Assembly: GCA_012295275.1 (NCBI GenBank)
Contig: CM022669.1
Location: forward strand, 1 to 64,000
DNA from: Chrysomallon squamiferum
Lineage: Eukaryota; Animalia; Mollusca
Direction: 5' to 3'
DNA length: 64,000 nt
In this document: positions 26,938-39,822 of the stretch, piece after piece
Layout of the letters: each line of letters begins with the position of its first letter
Position numbering within the stretch: position 1 is the first letter of the stretch
Program-made: the position numbers and the translations under genes
The notes under the pieces: generated by a model
Databases searched by the model: none
What the model was told of the DNA's origin: nothing
Seen by the model: the letters and a program-made list of their open reading frames with translations, nothing else

Positions 26938-27824
26938 TAGGCCGTCACTGTTCACGAACTCCACCGACAGCACGCGATGCACTTAGCATTAATATCATAC
27001 TCGTGTTACACACCTATTGAAAAAGCTTTTAAAATTAGGAAATAAAGGTTTTTCTTCGTAGGTATGTGACAAAATATTTAAAACATCATTTTCCTATAAA
27101 ATTATATATCATCAGAAAGAGCAAAAAATATAAAATTAAATTAAAATAATACCAAGATATCTTTGATATCACTGATAGTTTGAACAATTTTTTTTTTTTT
27201 TTTTTTTCAATCTATTGTGAAACAGTGATTCATATCAGTCAATTGGCAACATAAACACTGAATATCTCATACAGTTTCAAACCAGCTGTCATGGGGATTG
27301 CCCACAGCTGCAAGTATATCTGTCTCAGGCAGGTTGCTACCCGAGTTAGCTTGGCTCTTAGTTATCATTCGGCATAAATGTTCTCATATGATGAAATATA
27401 ATGTTGAAATAATTATATTAGGTATTTGACAAAAGCATTTGCAGTTTTCATTTTGTTTGTTTTGTGGTTGTTATTTTCTAAAGAGTTGTTGTTCTTACTA
27501 ATAACACTATTATTATTTAATTTCTTTTTCGTTTTCATTTTTAAGTTGGTTATAGTAATGAAATTTGGTAGACTTGTTGAATTTCTCTAAAGTAAATAAA
27601 TAAAATAATAATGTTTAATCAAGTTTTAATAATTTTAAAATTTGTTTATTCATTGGTGATCAAATACTAAAAATATAATAATAATAAATGTTTATTAATA
27701 TAAAGTGATAATGTTTCTTCCCTGTACATACAGTTTCAACAAGTCAAGCGCACATTGCTTATTTTAATGAGATATTTATTGTAATACACAATAGATTTAA
27801 TAATAAGTGGTATATTTTATCGCA

Positions 27825-27873
27825 TGACGTAAAATGTAAAAAATTTCCATAGGGGAATCCCCTACGGAAAAAC
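27825..27873. promoter_or_regulatory. TNF-1 proximal promoter: CRE/ATF-like TGACGTAA and palindromic kB site GGGGAATCCCC
   Basis: TGACGTAA at 27825-27832. TAGGGGAATCCCCTA palindrome at 27850-27864, flanked by AAATTTCC and GGAAAAACC, ~240 nt upstream of the ATG. Confidence 0.55.
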
Positions 27874-28061
27874 CTATTTCTGAAATAGCTTCTAAAAACG
27901 AATCCACGTAATTTCCATCTGCTAATCGATTGATTCACTGTAGTCACGGACCGATACTTCGCCAAAGAGAGAGCGTACCTGTAGCAGACGAGTTTCGTGA
28001 CAGAACGTTAATTTTAAAAAAATATATATATATATTTTATCGCTTACAGACTTATAAGCCG

Positions 28062-28101
<40 letters not shown>

Positions 28102-28104
<3 letters not shown>

Positions 28105-28498
28105 AAGCTAAAAATAATGAGAACTGTAATTTGTGCCCTGTTGTTTTTCAACATACTTCTAGCGACTGTTTCGATTGCTTTGAAGGTTGTTATGTATCAA
28201 AACCGCGGATCACACACACAGACCAAGCCTATATTGTGCGAAGAGAAGAAGGTGAGTGCAGAAAACAAACTATTAAACGTTGTGTTAGTAACGTTGGGGA
28301 CGTGAAAAAGTGTTCGTTTTTAAATTTTATTTTTTCAATTAAGTGTAACTTCCTCTAGACGTCACACACACACATACACACACACACACACACACATACA
28401 CACACACACACACATACATACATACACACACATACACACATACATACACATACACACATACACATATACACACATTCATACACACATACACACACATA

Positions 28499-28575
<77 letters not shown>

Positions 28576-30049
28576 ACACACATATACACATATACACACA
28601 CACAAACACACACAAACACACACACACATACACATACACACACATACACACACACACAAACACACATACACACATACACACATACACACATATACATACA
28701 TACACACATACACACACATACACACATATACATATACACACATACATACATACATACACATACACACACATACATACATACATACATACATACATACACA
28801 CACACACATACACACACATACACATACACATATACACATACACACACATACACACACACACACATACACACACACATACACACATATACACACACATACA
28901 CACACATACATACACACAGATATCCACACACATACACACACATACACACATACACACAATCATACACACACATACACACATACATACACACATACATACA
29001 CACACATACACATACATACATACACACATACATACACACACACACACACATACATACACACATACACACACACATACACACATACACATACACACATACA
29101 TAAAGCAGTCACACACACATACACTCACACACACATACACACACATACAGACATTCACACACACACATGCACACACACATACACACACACAGAGAAACAC
29201 ACACACACACACAGAAACAGACAAACACACACACCGCTCCAAACTCGTCTGAAATAAATATATATGGCAGGACATTCAATATCTGCTTTGTTCTCTTGTC
29301 TGTGTCGTTAATAAACCAGAAACAAACGTGAGCCCCAGCCACCACTGAACAAAAGAGGATTTTTTTTTTTTTTTTTTTTGTAGGAAGGATTTCTTTCAAA
29401 GGAAGAAAAATCCAACAGTAAATACTGCATTGGAAAGAGCGACTTCAAAGAGGTATTCATCGTACTTTTTTTTCTTTTCTTTTTTCTTAAGTAGACATAC
29501 CTATATTACAGTTACTAACACTCCTATAGGCAGATAAAATTACTATTTATAATAACAAGGTTTGTAATAATGATGATTGTCATCATCACAAAAACAAGTA
29601 ATTAATTAATATCAGAATTGTAATAATTAGGCAAAAAACTGCATGCAACAACTACGCATTTATTAAATTTTGTCCCTAATAGCGTAGCGTAGAATTATTG
29701 ATGTGAAGCGTCACGTGACTCGTTTTGTGTCCTATGTTACTAATTCTCCGCCATAATGCTTACTTCGTACAGAATAAAGGTCTTTGTTTTGGTGATTTTT
29801 TTTTAACAATATCTTTGGAGGAATTGTGTCTATTGTTTTATTTATTTTACTGTCGACAAACGCCTGTAGATTATAATTGCGTTTTATGTCAGGAAACAAC
29901 TGCAGTGCTTTTTACAAAAAGGAAGGAAATTAATCAAACAACTAAATGTATTGGAAAATGCGATTTCAAGGTTTTTATTTATAAATTAATAATAATAATA
30001 ATAATAATAATAAATTATTACTTACAGACTTATAAGCCGAAATTTAAAA

Positions 30050-30086
<37 letters not shown>

Positions 30087-32754
30087 CATTATTTCATGTA
30101 AAAATAATAAATCTAAAAATAAATTAATAATTATTACAAATAACATAAGAAAATAATAATAATTTAAATATGTACTAAGCAATCGCTTTAGTCTTGGGCG
30201 TTTCGTTAGAATGTTAATATAATATTTTATTTGGTCTGATTTATTTTGTACAGCAATGTAAAAAGTTTACATACAAACATTAAAATACCAGGAGAGCACG
30301 AGAAAGTGAAAAACACTATTTCCATTTTTGTCCTGTAAACATACTGGAATAGCGAATGAAAGGCAATTTGTGATATTAAAATACCGTGGACGTTAATGAT
30401 GATTTTGAATTGCCAAATAAAGATTCAGAATTTTTTTTTTTTTTTTAAATCTGTTAATTTTTGTTGAAACTGGAAATCACATCAGCCGACCATGAATACA
30501 AACACTGAAACACAATCACCAGTGTAAATAATGTTCAAGTTCATATTTATTTTAAATTAAAACAGTAAAATCATTACAATATATAAATATATAAATAAAT
30601 TGTTTTGTTTTATTCCTCAACATAATTTAGCATTTAAAAAATCATATGCCGATACCATTGCGAGATACTGTGTCGTAGATGATTTTAAACGGTAACTGTA
30701 AGGTTAAAAATACTGCACAGAATATAGACTCGGATGATCCCTGCAGATGTATATTGTCACATTTTTCTAATTTTCATTTGTTGTGTTTCCTTCCAGGCTT
30801 CTTTGCACCTGTTACTAAGTATTTACGCATGATTTCTTCTTTGCACCTGTTACTAAATGTTTACGCATGATTTCTTCTTTGCACCTGTTACTAAATGTTT
30901 ACACATGATTTCTTCTTTGCACCTTGTTACTAAATGTTTACACATGATTTCTTCTTTGCACCTTGTTACTAAATGTTTACACATGATTTCTTCTTTGCAC
31001 CTGTTACTAAATGTTTACGCATGATTTCTTCTTTGCACCTTGTTACTAAATGTTTACACATGATTTCTTCTTTGCACCTTGTTACTAAATGTTTACACAT
31101 GATTTCTTCTTTGCACCTTGTTACTAAATGTTTACACATGATTTCTTCTTTGCACCTTGTTACTAAATGTTTACACATGATTTCTTCTTTGTACCTTGTT
31201 ACTAAATGTTTACACATGATTTCTTCTTTGCACCTTGTTACTAAGTGTTTACACATGATTTCTTCTTTACACCTTGTTACTAAATGTTTACACATGATTT
31301 CTTCTTTGCACCTTGTTACTAAATGTTTACACATGATTTCTTCTTTGCACCTTGTTACTAAATGTTTACACATGATTTCTTCTTTTACCTTGTTACTAAA
31401 TGTTTACATATGATTTCTTCTTTGCACCTTGTTACTAAATGTTTACACATGATTTCTTCTTTGTACCTTGTTACTAAATGTTTACACATGATTTCTTCTT
31501 TTACCTGTTACTAAATGTTTACATATGATTTCTTCTTTGTACCTTGTTACTAAATGTTTACACATGATTTCTTCTTTGTACCTTGTTACTAAATGTTTAC
31601 ATATGATTTCTTCTTTGCACCTGTTACTAAATGTTTACACATGATTTCTTCTTTGCAGCTTGTTACTAATGTTTGCTTACTTTTCTTCTTTATACTTTCC
31701 TATTAAATGTTTACATTCCTTTCTTCCTTACAAATTTTTATTAAACGTTTAATACTTGGTTACCAAACGTTTACCTTCTTTTTGATTTATACTTTTTTTT
31801 AATTAAATGTCTACCTTTATATGTTGTTATTAGATGTTTTATCTTTCTTTCCTCTCTATATTCTGTTATAAAATGTTCACATTCCCAACTTCTTTATACC
31901 TTGTTTAGTTGTATTAAATGTTTACCTTCCTTTCGTCTTTAGATGTTTTTATGTTTGTTTTTTTCCTGACATTCTTATTGTCACAAGTTGACCTTTCTTC
32001 AGTCTCCTGTGTGTAGATGTTCCAGATAGTGTCCACATTTTGAAAATTATCCAAATTTTGAATAAGGATTGAGTGAAATAAAAATAATTAAAAAGAGAAA
32101 CATATCTACATATACATGCACTAATAAAACACATACACACTTTTCTGATGCCATTTCCTTTGACAATTAAATACATACCAAACATCCACCACCACTTTAT
32201 AAAATGTGTCTTAGAAACTATTATTATATTCATTATTCTTCAATCGTTTTAACTTTTCAGATTTATGAAAGAACTTTAAGTGAAATGAAACCTTCATCTA
32301 TTAAACCACTGAGGAGAAAAAGATCAATTAGTAAGAAGTTTTATATTCTTGTAATGTAAAGCTAATCGTTATGTTTCGCCCGTTTCTAACAATAATTAAA
32401 AACATATTTTCTTCATGGGATAGCTAACCTTATTGAATTTTATTATTATTTATGAGCTTTATGATTTGTTTGATGATGTTAACAGTTAATCTATTTTGTA
32501 TATTTTTTTGTTTATTTATTTATTTATTTTTTTTATTTTTTATTTTTTATTTTTTATTTTTTTTTAAATTTCTTAACACAGAAGTACATTAATGAATTCT
32601 GGTGTATATATATCATTAGGCATAGACAGTATATATTATTAGGCACAGACAGTATATATCATTAGGCATAGACAGTATATATCATTAGGCATAGACAGTA
32701 TATATTATTTGACATTTATAAAATCATTAGGCATATGTAACATACATCACTGTG

Positions 32755-32785
<31 letters not shown>

Positions 32786-33125
32786 GGAATGAAATAAGTA
32801 AGTAATGCAGTAAACTACTATTACTACTACTATCTCTACTAATGCTGCTACTAGTACTAGTAATCACTACTAGTACTAATAAGAGAAAGAAGAATCAAAG
32901 TACAAACAGTAGTTAAAATATTAAAGTCATTGTTTATTTATGTTTTAGCTCTTCATCAGTTGAGTCTGTTTAAACCAATGGTTCACCTACAAGGATTGGA
33001 AAAAACAGATTACAGTAGGTGTTTTTTTGTTATTCTTCTTTTTCTTCTTTTTTTTTCTGAACCTTTCAATCTCAGATCACTTGTATCTTTATTTGTATGT
33101 ACAAATGTGTTTATATGTATCTGTG

Positions 33126-33159
<34 letters not shown>

Positions 33160-33160
33160 G

Positions 33161-33227
<67 letters not shown>

Positions 33228-33561
33228 TGAGACACTGTGTATTATGGGATATTAATAACTGCACCAGTGTGAATGCCATATTGGCAGTGTAGTGTGTGTG
33301 TTTATGTGTGTGTGTGTGTGTGTGTGTGTGTGATTTAGTTATACTGTGTATGTGTTAGTTATACTGTGTGTCTGTGTTTGTGTGTGTGTTTATGTGTGTG
33401 TGTGTTTATGTGTGTGTGATTTAGTTATACTGTGTATGTGTTAGTTATACTGTGTGTCTGTGTTTGTGTGTGTGTGTGTGTTTATGTTTGTGTGTGATTT
33501 TAGTTATACTGTGTGTTTGTGTTAGTTATGTGTGTGATTTAGTTATGTGTGTCTGTGTTTG

Positions 33562-33596
<35 letters not shown>

Positions 33597-33868
33597 GTGA
33601 TTTAGTTATACTGTGTGTGTGTTAGTTATACTGTGTGTGTGTGTGTTTTATGTGTGTGTGTGTGTGTGATTTAGTTATACTGTGTATGTGTTAGTTATAC
33701 TGTGTGTCTGTGTTTGTGTGTGTGTGTGTGTGTGTGTGATTTAGTTATACTGTGTATGTGTTAGTTATACTGTATGTCTGTATTTGTGTGTGTGTGTGTG
33801 TTTATGTGTGTGTGTGTGTGATTTAGTTATACTGTGTGTGTGTTAGTTATACTGTGTGTCTGTGTTTG

Positions 33869-33900
<32 letters not shown>

Positions 33901-33992
33901 ATTTAGTTATACTGTGTATGTGTTAGTTATACTGTGTGTCTGTTTGTGTGTGTGTGTGTGTTTATGTGTGTGTGTGTGTGATTTAGTTATAC

Positions 33993-34028
<36 letters not shown>

Positions 34029-34520
34029 GGTGTGTGTTATACTATATATTATGGGATATTAATAACTTAGTGCCAGTGTTAGGTGCCATATTGGCAGTGT
34101 AGTGTGTGTGTTTATGTGGTTGTTTTATTCTCTTAAGCTGATTTACAAAGCACTGATAGAGGATGACAAAGTCCTGTCACACCTCACAAAGCACCAGTGA
34201 TGAGTCTTAAATATATGACACCCATTCACCTGCACTCTGGAAGTGACGCGTACGTATATTTGTGTTTCTATGTATGTTTATCGTTACGTTTATGTATGAG
34301 TATTGTTGTTGTTTTTTATATTATTATCATTATTACCATTATCATCATTATGACTTTATTATTATTGTTATTATTATTGATACTGTTGTTATTATCATTC
34401 TTATTATTGTTATCATTATCATTATTTTCATTAATGTTATCATTATTATTACTATGGTTATCATTATTATTACTATGGTTATCATTATTACTATTATCAT
34501 AATCATTATCATTATCATCA

Positions 34521-34583
<63 letters not shown>

Positions 34584-35041
34584 GTTATTTTTATAATTTT
34601 TATATAGCACCAAATGACACATCAGTTCGGATGATTCGAAACTGGAACAGTGAAGACCAGTTGAAACGCAGTATTATTCGGAACTGGATGAAATACGAAA
34701 ATGGCAAAATAACCATACCAACACACGGAATGTATCGAGTCTACAGCCAGTTGGTCTTTGACTGGCAAAAACTGAAAGACAAACATTACGGTGAGCACCG
34801 AATCTGGAAACATCAAGTGATGATACACAATGCAACCACGGCTGAAGATGAGGTGTTGCTTAGCAACGAATTCACTGAGTGCGACACTGACTTCAACAGA
34901 AAGTATGACGAATACCCAAGTTATCTGAGCGGAACATTCACTCTAAATGCTGGTGACTTGGTGTACGTGAAAACCTCTCATTTTCATCACATAATGGCTG
35001 ATCCAACGCGCCATTTTTTAGGTGTAAATGTGGCTTGGTGA
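28102..35041 (+). CDS. TNF-superfamily ligand copy 1; join(28102..28251,29384..29452,32261..32330,32949..33014,34608..35041), 262 aa
   Basis: The spliced 789 nt is an open frame. It has an N-terminal hydrophobic type II anchor, a stalk with RRKR|S, KPMVHLQG (strand A), and a last exon with NW..ENGKITIPTHGMYRVYSQLVF..SYLSGTFTLNAGDLVYV..HFLG, i.e. a TNF homology domain. Confidence 0.9.
28363..29235. repeat. Long degenerate (CA)n/(CATA)n microsatellite in TNF-1 intron 1
   Basis: Directly visible. Only ~90 bp in TNF-2 (42129-42218). Confidence 0.95.
30798..31670. repeat. 38-39 bp minisatellite in TNF-1 intron 2 (roughly 22 units)
   Basis: Unit CTTCTTTGCACCTTGTTACTAAATGTTTACACATGATTT, followed by decayed units to ~31940. 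Confidence 0.95.
33122..34118. repeat. Compound (TG)n satellite with GATTTAGTTATACT spacers in TNF-1 intron 4
   Basis: Directly visible. Counterpart at ~45578-46345. Confidence 0.92.
34300..34590. repeat. (TAT)n/(CAT)n microsatellite before the last TNF-1 exon
   Basis: Directly visible. Counterpart at ~46645-46830. Confidence 0.9.
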
Positions 35042-36013
35042 ACAGTACTTTGAAAACAGGACTTAGCAGACTTTCTAATAATACTATAATATACAAAGAC
35101 ATCCGTACAATATATACTTATCTACTTATATACTTATATACATGCACACACAGAAAGAGATACAAGATCACAAGGGAGAGTCTTTGGCAGCAAAAAAATG
35201 TCTGAGTCTTCATTTTAAACGTAATTATCTTGACTCTCCCTTGACTGATCTTGTATTAAAATCTGTTTCCAAACAAAACTTAGATAATTTAATCATTTGT
35301 TTTTCATTTGTAATAAAATTCAAAAAAAAAATTGTTGTTTGTAATGTATTATATTTAGATCCACATGATGAATTATGATGGTAAACCGTTTTGATCTCAC
35401 GCAGTAGGGCCCTGAACCATTCCCTAACAGGCCGTGGAAAGTTTTAACAGGATATTTAGATGTACTGTTTGGTGCTTCTTTGGCGTGTCATTTACAACTT
35501 AAATGGCGACGATATAGAAAATGTCAGTTTATAAGATTGTATATTACTTTAAATTTAACAGGAAATGTTAGTTTATAGCAAACTTATTCACCTTTTAAGA
35601 TCAATTCAACGATAAATTATAAAAATATATTAAAAAAAAAATAAAATAAAATAAAAACTACAAGAATAAAAATATAATAATTAAAAAAAGCGCATAGAGT
35701 TTTCTCATTGTAGATCACACGCCAAAGTAGCACCTACTGTTTTCTCTGTTTAAGTTAGAAAATTGGTCCTAATTTTCTTATTAAACCGCGGGTTGCAATT
35801 TAGGTTAAACCTACTTGTAGAATTCGTTAGTAGCTATTTTTGTACTTATTATAATGTCTTATACTGTTGTGCTATTAAAGTACAGTTTCTGAAAATGTGA
35901 CATTGATTATTTACTTATATAGCTTACTTCAATACAGTCTAAAGCAGTGGTTCCCAACCATTTTAGTACCATGCCCCACTTTTTTATCACAAATTTCTTC
36001 GTGTCGCCCACCC

Positions 36014-36200
36014 GTTAATTGTTTAGTATGATATAACAATATCAGTTAATTGTTTAGTATGATATAACAATATCAGTTAATTGTTTAGTATGATATAACA
36101 ATATCAGTTCATTGTTTAGTATGATATAACAATATCAGTTCATTGTTTAGTATGATATAACAATAACACTTCATTGTTTAGTATGATATAACAATATCAG
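36014..36200. repeat. 31-bp subterminal minisatellite inside hAT2 (~6 units)
   Basis: Unit GTT(A/C)ATTGTTTAGTATGATATAACAATATCA. Also at ~48265-48451. Confidence 0.93.
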
Positions 36201-36341
36201 CTTTGAAGAAGTATACCATAAAAAATTGTATCTTTCAAATAAAACTAAAGGGTTTAACGTCAAATTTAATCAAATAAAGTCCATTTTATAATGTGTATAA
36301 CATATCTACCATCAGATTAAATAAATTCAATTACAATTCAA

Positions 36342-37676
36342 TTAATGAGACCCTTGAGCCTGATGTCTACTGCAAAGAGATTTTATCCGAGGCAGAAATT
36401 TTGTTAATTTCAATCTCAAGTCGCCTCGTTTAGTAATATCCAGTCGGTTTCTTTTCTTCAGTAATAAGTCACTCACAGCACTAAATCCACACTCCACTAA
36501 GTATGACGATGGGAATGGTAACAGCAGTTTTCTTGCCAAACTACTTGTATTTCGATATTTAGTTCGTGTTTCTTCACAGAGCCATATCATTGTTCCTTTG
36601 ATTTTGAACAGGGCTTTAATCGAGTCATCATTTTGTAATTCTGAAAGTTCTCCTTGATACTCCATGGTTACATCTGACAGATCCACTAGCAATGGCTGAG
36701 CCATCCAAGATGGATAATTAATTTCTTTCAAATCAGAAAATCTGAAGTTGAAATCGCTTACCATTGTTTTTAAGTGCTCTACAATAACAAGACAAGTAGC
36801 ATCTGTTACCTCACATTTATTCAACCAAGAAAATTGTTCAAATTTTTTGACAGAAATATTTTCTTGGGATAATTCCAGAAATGATATAAAGCCAAATATC
36901 TTGGCCTTTGAATTAACAAGAGTCATATTTGTTCCTTGGAGCTCCTTATTTAAGACACTGAGTTTTTCAAATATATCTGCTAAATAACTGACAAGTGCTT
37001 CACCATCAACTGTCAGTAACAGGGTCATATGAGGCTTGTCATCCAAGAACTCACTAAGAATATCAAATAATTCCATGAATCTTTTCAGGCAATTCCCCTT
37101 TGATAACCACCTTACATCAGTATGAAGTAATAATTTTACATAGTCTGCATTTTGATCCTTACAAAATTGTTTGAAAAGACGCTCACATTTGGCATCAGTG
37201 TTGATGCATTTTATAACTGCATTCAATGTCTCGTTTAGAAGAGGGGAAACTGTTTTGGAAACTAAATTCTGTCTATAAATAACACAATGCACTAACAACA
37301 TTTGGGGATTGCTGTCTTTCAATAATTTTAAAACTTTAATTTTCTTGCCCATCATCACTGGAGCACCGTCTGCAGCACAAGATATAATGTTCTCCATTGG
37401 TGTCTGCTTATCATTTAATTTGTTTTTAATTTCTTATATTATATCAACTGCAATAGTGGTGGTTTCTAATGCTTCGCAAAATAGCAAATCCTCAATAAAT
37501 TCTCCATTACAAACATATTTTACACAGGCCATTAACAGAGCTTCACTATCTCTTACAGTTGTTTCGTCCAACTGTATTGAAAAGTTTGTATATTTTAATT
37601 TTTCAACAAGTTGTACTTCTACATCACAACTCATTTCATCAATCCTGCTTCTAACAGTATTATTACTGAGCGACAT
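36342..37676 (-). pseudogene. hAT transposase, split into ORFs 37434-37676 and 36342-37397; lacks N-terminal region
   Basis: Motifs FSIQLDETT, DGAPVMMG, HC..RQNL, VRWLSKG, PFPSSYLVECGFS, RNRL..RGDLRL and HQAQGSH. A stop/frameshift separates the two ORFs. Confidence 0.88.
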
Positions 37677-38729
37677 GCTTTTGAGATCTTGGTCATCTTT
37701 TTCAAGAACTACTTTCAGAAAAGTTGATATTTGCGGGATTAATTAAATTCTCCTCTATTGTATGATGTTTTTTCCACATTTTGCTATGAGAAGAGAAATT
37801 TCATAAACTAAAACTCACCTTCTTAAACAAGTCGGAAGCCACGCATATAGCTGGTGCCAGATGCATAATAACATTAGTGGGTGAACACTGGACTAGACTG
37901 CACAAGCTGTTGTGCTCAGCTGGGTTGTAATTACAATTTTACCCTATAAATTTATAATTTTTATAAAATAAAATAAAAATGTTGATATTAGTATATTTTT
38001 TCATATTGCCTCCCCTATTATTATTGAATTGCCCCACGTTGGGAATCACTGCTCTAGGTGTATCCGATATGGGGTCTGTGTATGCATAGACAGAAATACC
38101 GTAGCACGTTTTCGTACACTAGAACACAACAAACACAAGACACTTTCAAAACCTGTATTCGCGCTAGCGCTCAACATTCAATTCAGTAGTATAGAATAAT
38201 ACAGATGGATAGAAATATTGTAATATTGTAACAACAGTTACATCAGGGTTAATACAATCAGAAGAGCAAATATTTATATGTGTAACAAGTTACCCAGTGC
38301 ATGGTCGATGTTTCCAGGTGTTTCTGTAAATCGAGAGATGCTTGTCATCGAGTGACAGAGGATATTCATCCAAACATCAGTCTGTGGTGTTCTCCGTCAT
38401 TTCAACACTATATAGTATTTCTAAAAATTGTGTCCTTATACTTTTGAGACGGTTAATAGTTTTAGGATAGAAATAAAGGAAAATGTAATTAATGCATGAA
38501 TATTTCATGGTAAAACAAAAACAAGTAGTCACGTTCGACCTAAATCAAAGTAAGATTTTATTATTGATTTATCAGTGTATGCTTTTGTATTATAATTAAA
38601 ATAATAATAGTAACAATAGCTGATATTTATAGTAACAATTGCAGAGATGGAATATATATTACCAATTTTTATATTTTTATGTTATTATTTAGATTTTAAA
38701 AAATATTATTAAGAATACATGTAAATAAA

Positions 38730-38819
<90 letters not shown>

Positions 38820-39351
38820 TCTTGTTTTATATTTTTCTATATATTATCTCGGTGACAAATGAAACTGATCTAAACTAGAAAATAACGACACTGAAAAATC
38901 GTTATATGTCCTTCAACATCATTTTCAAATGAATCTAAAGGACAACAACTCCAATTTAGTAACAGTTTTGCTGAGTGGAATTCTGTAATAAATTCGCAGT
39001 GGTATTAAAACTGAAATGGTTTAAGATGAACCAGAAATTCCTGCCTGGAAATGACATGAAACATACACTACAGAAAAATACGTTGATAAACCAAATTAAG
39101 CAGGTGCCTATCCATTCATACATAATATTTGTTAACTGATGTTTTATACAGGAATATGATAATATTCCCAGTCATAATTTTTGTTTTTAATTAATTAATT
39201 AATTTATTTGCTTTTTTATTTTGCCTCTCGTCTTCAAAATTTTGTAGCATGTATCCATGCTATATAAGTAAAATATTGTTACTTGTGTTGTAACTTCTTA
39301 CAGATTGTACGAGAAAGATAGATCAATGACATAGCAAAAGGACTTGATAAA

Positions 39352-39822
39352 ATGTCACACAATATGGATTATGCATCTTCTACATCAAAGACAGAATCAC
39401 AAACATCTACTAATACAGGACAGTCGTTGACAAAAGAGCATACAAACGAAAGTGATATACCAGAAGACGAAATAAAATCAACTTCTTCATCTGATGCAAG
39501 ACTAAAACAAATAAAAAAACATCACAGTTGGTTAAAAAGTTTGAGAAAGAAATTGATGCAGAAGAAGTAATTTCTGAGACTACTGATAAACTATCTTCAA
39601 CTTCTTCATCTGGTGCAAGACCTAAAACAAACAACAGTAAAAGAAAAAAGTCAATTCAGAAAATTCTAAAAATAAATATGCAATCTCAAATGAACGGAGG
39701 ATCGAGCTTAATCGGACTGTGTACAAAATGGTGGAAGATGGCGTGGTTGAGAGACTAACAGACACAAAAGTAAAATTAAATAAAAAAATTAACACAGACG
39801 TTCGTCTCAGGAGACTTGCGAT
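39352..39822 (+). pseudogene. Truncated, frameshifted first coding exon of a divergent cGLR paralog
   Basis: Acceptor TTACAG at 39303 and ATG at 39352. S/T/E-rich sequence with SSTSSSGARPKTN (nucleotides TCTTCATCTGGTGCAAGACCTAAAACAAA are identical to the cGLR repeat). Another frame reads LNKKINTDVRLRR, matching INKCFDDDVRLRKR of copy B. It breaks off before the GS motif and joins cGLR 3'-flank sequence. Confidence 0.72.

Larger units (their letters stand above)
35945..38051 (-). mobile_element. hAT (Buster/Charlie-type) DNA transposon, ~2.1 kb, both termini present, internally deleted and defective
   Basis: TIRs CAGTGGTTCCCAAC (35945-35958) and GTTGGGAATCACTG (38038-38051). Transposase ORFs on the minus strand. 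Both 8-bp flanks fit the Buster NNNTANNN target pattern. Confidence 0.93.

Noticed and set aside
26689-26982. 97-aa minus-strand ORF in a GC-richer patch
   Set aside because: No recognisable domain, and not listed as an ORF in the unit A duplicate. The patch is better explained as regulatory (kB sites).
28339-29399. Cys/Val-rich ORFs of 200-300 aa
   Set aside because: Translations of (CA)n/(TG)n microsatellite.
30021-30052. ~30-bp copy of the TNF 5' UTR (CTTACAGACTTATAAGCCGAAATTTAAAAAA) within intron 2
   Set aside because: A real match to ~28042-28073, but too short and without a following ATG exon to support a function.
30969-31413. Repeating CKHLVTRCKEEIM ORFs resembling zinc-finger or repeat protein; array superficially CRISPR-like
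   Set aside because: Stop-free frames of an intronic 39-bp minisatellite broken by 38-bp units. There are no unique spacers, no cas genes, and the context is eukaryotic.
34262-34607. Poly-Ile/poly-Tyr N-terminus of the 259-aa ORF as a transmembrane region of TNF
   Set aside because: It is intronic (TAT)n. The real exon starts at 34608 after TATAG, and the anchor is encoded at 28102-28251.
36342-37397. Domesticated SCAND3/ZBED host gene or active transposase
   Set aside because: Bounded by TIRs, missing its N-terminus, separated from the first catalytic Asp by a frameshift, and degraded differently in each copy.
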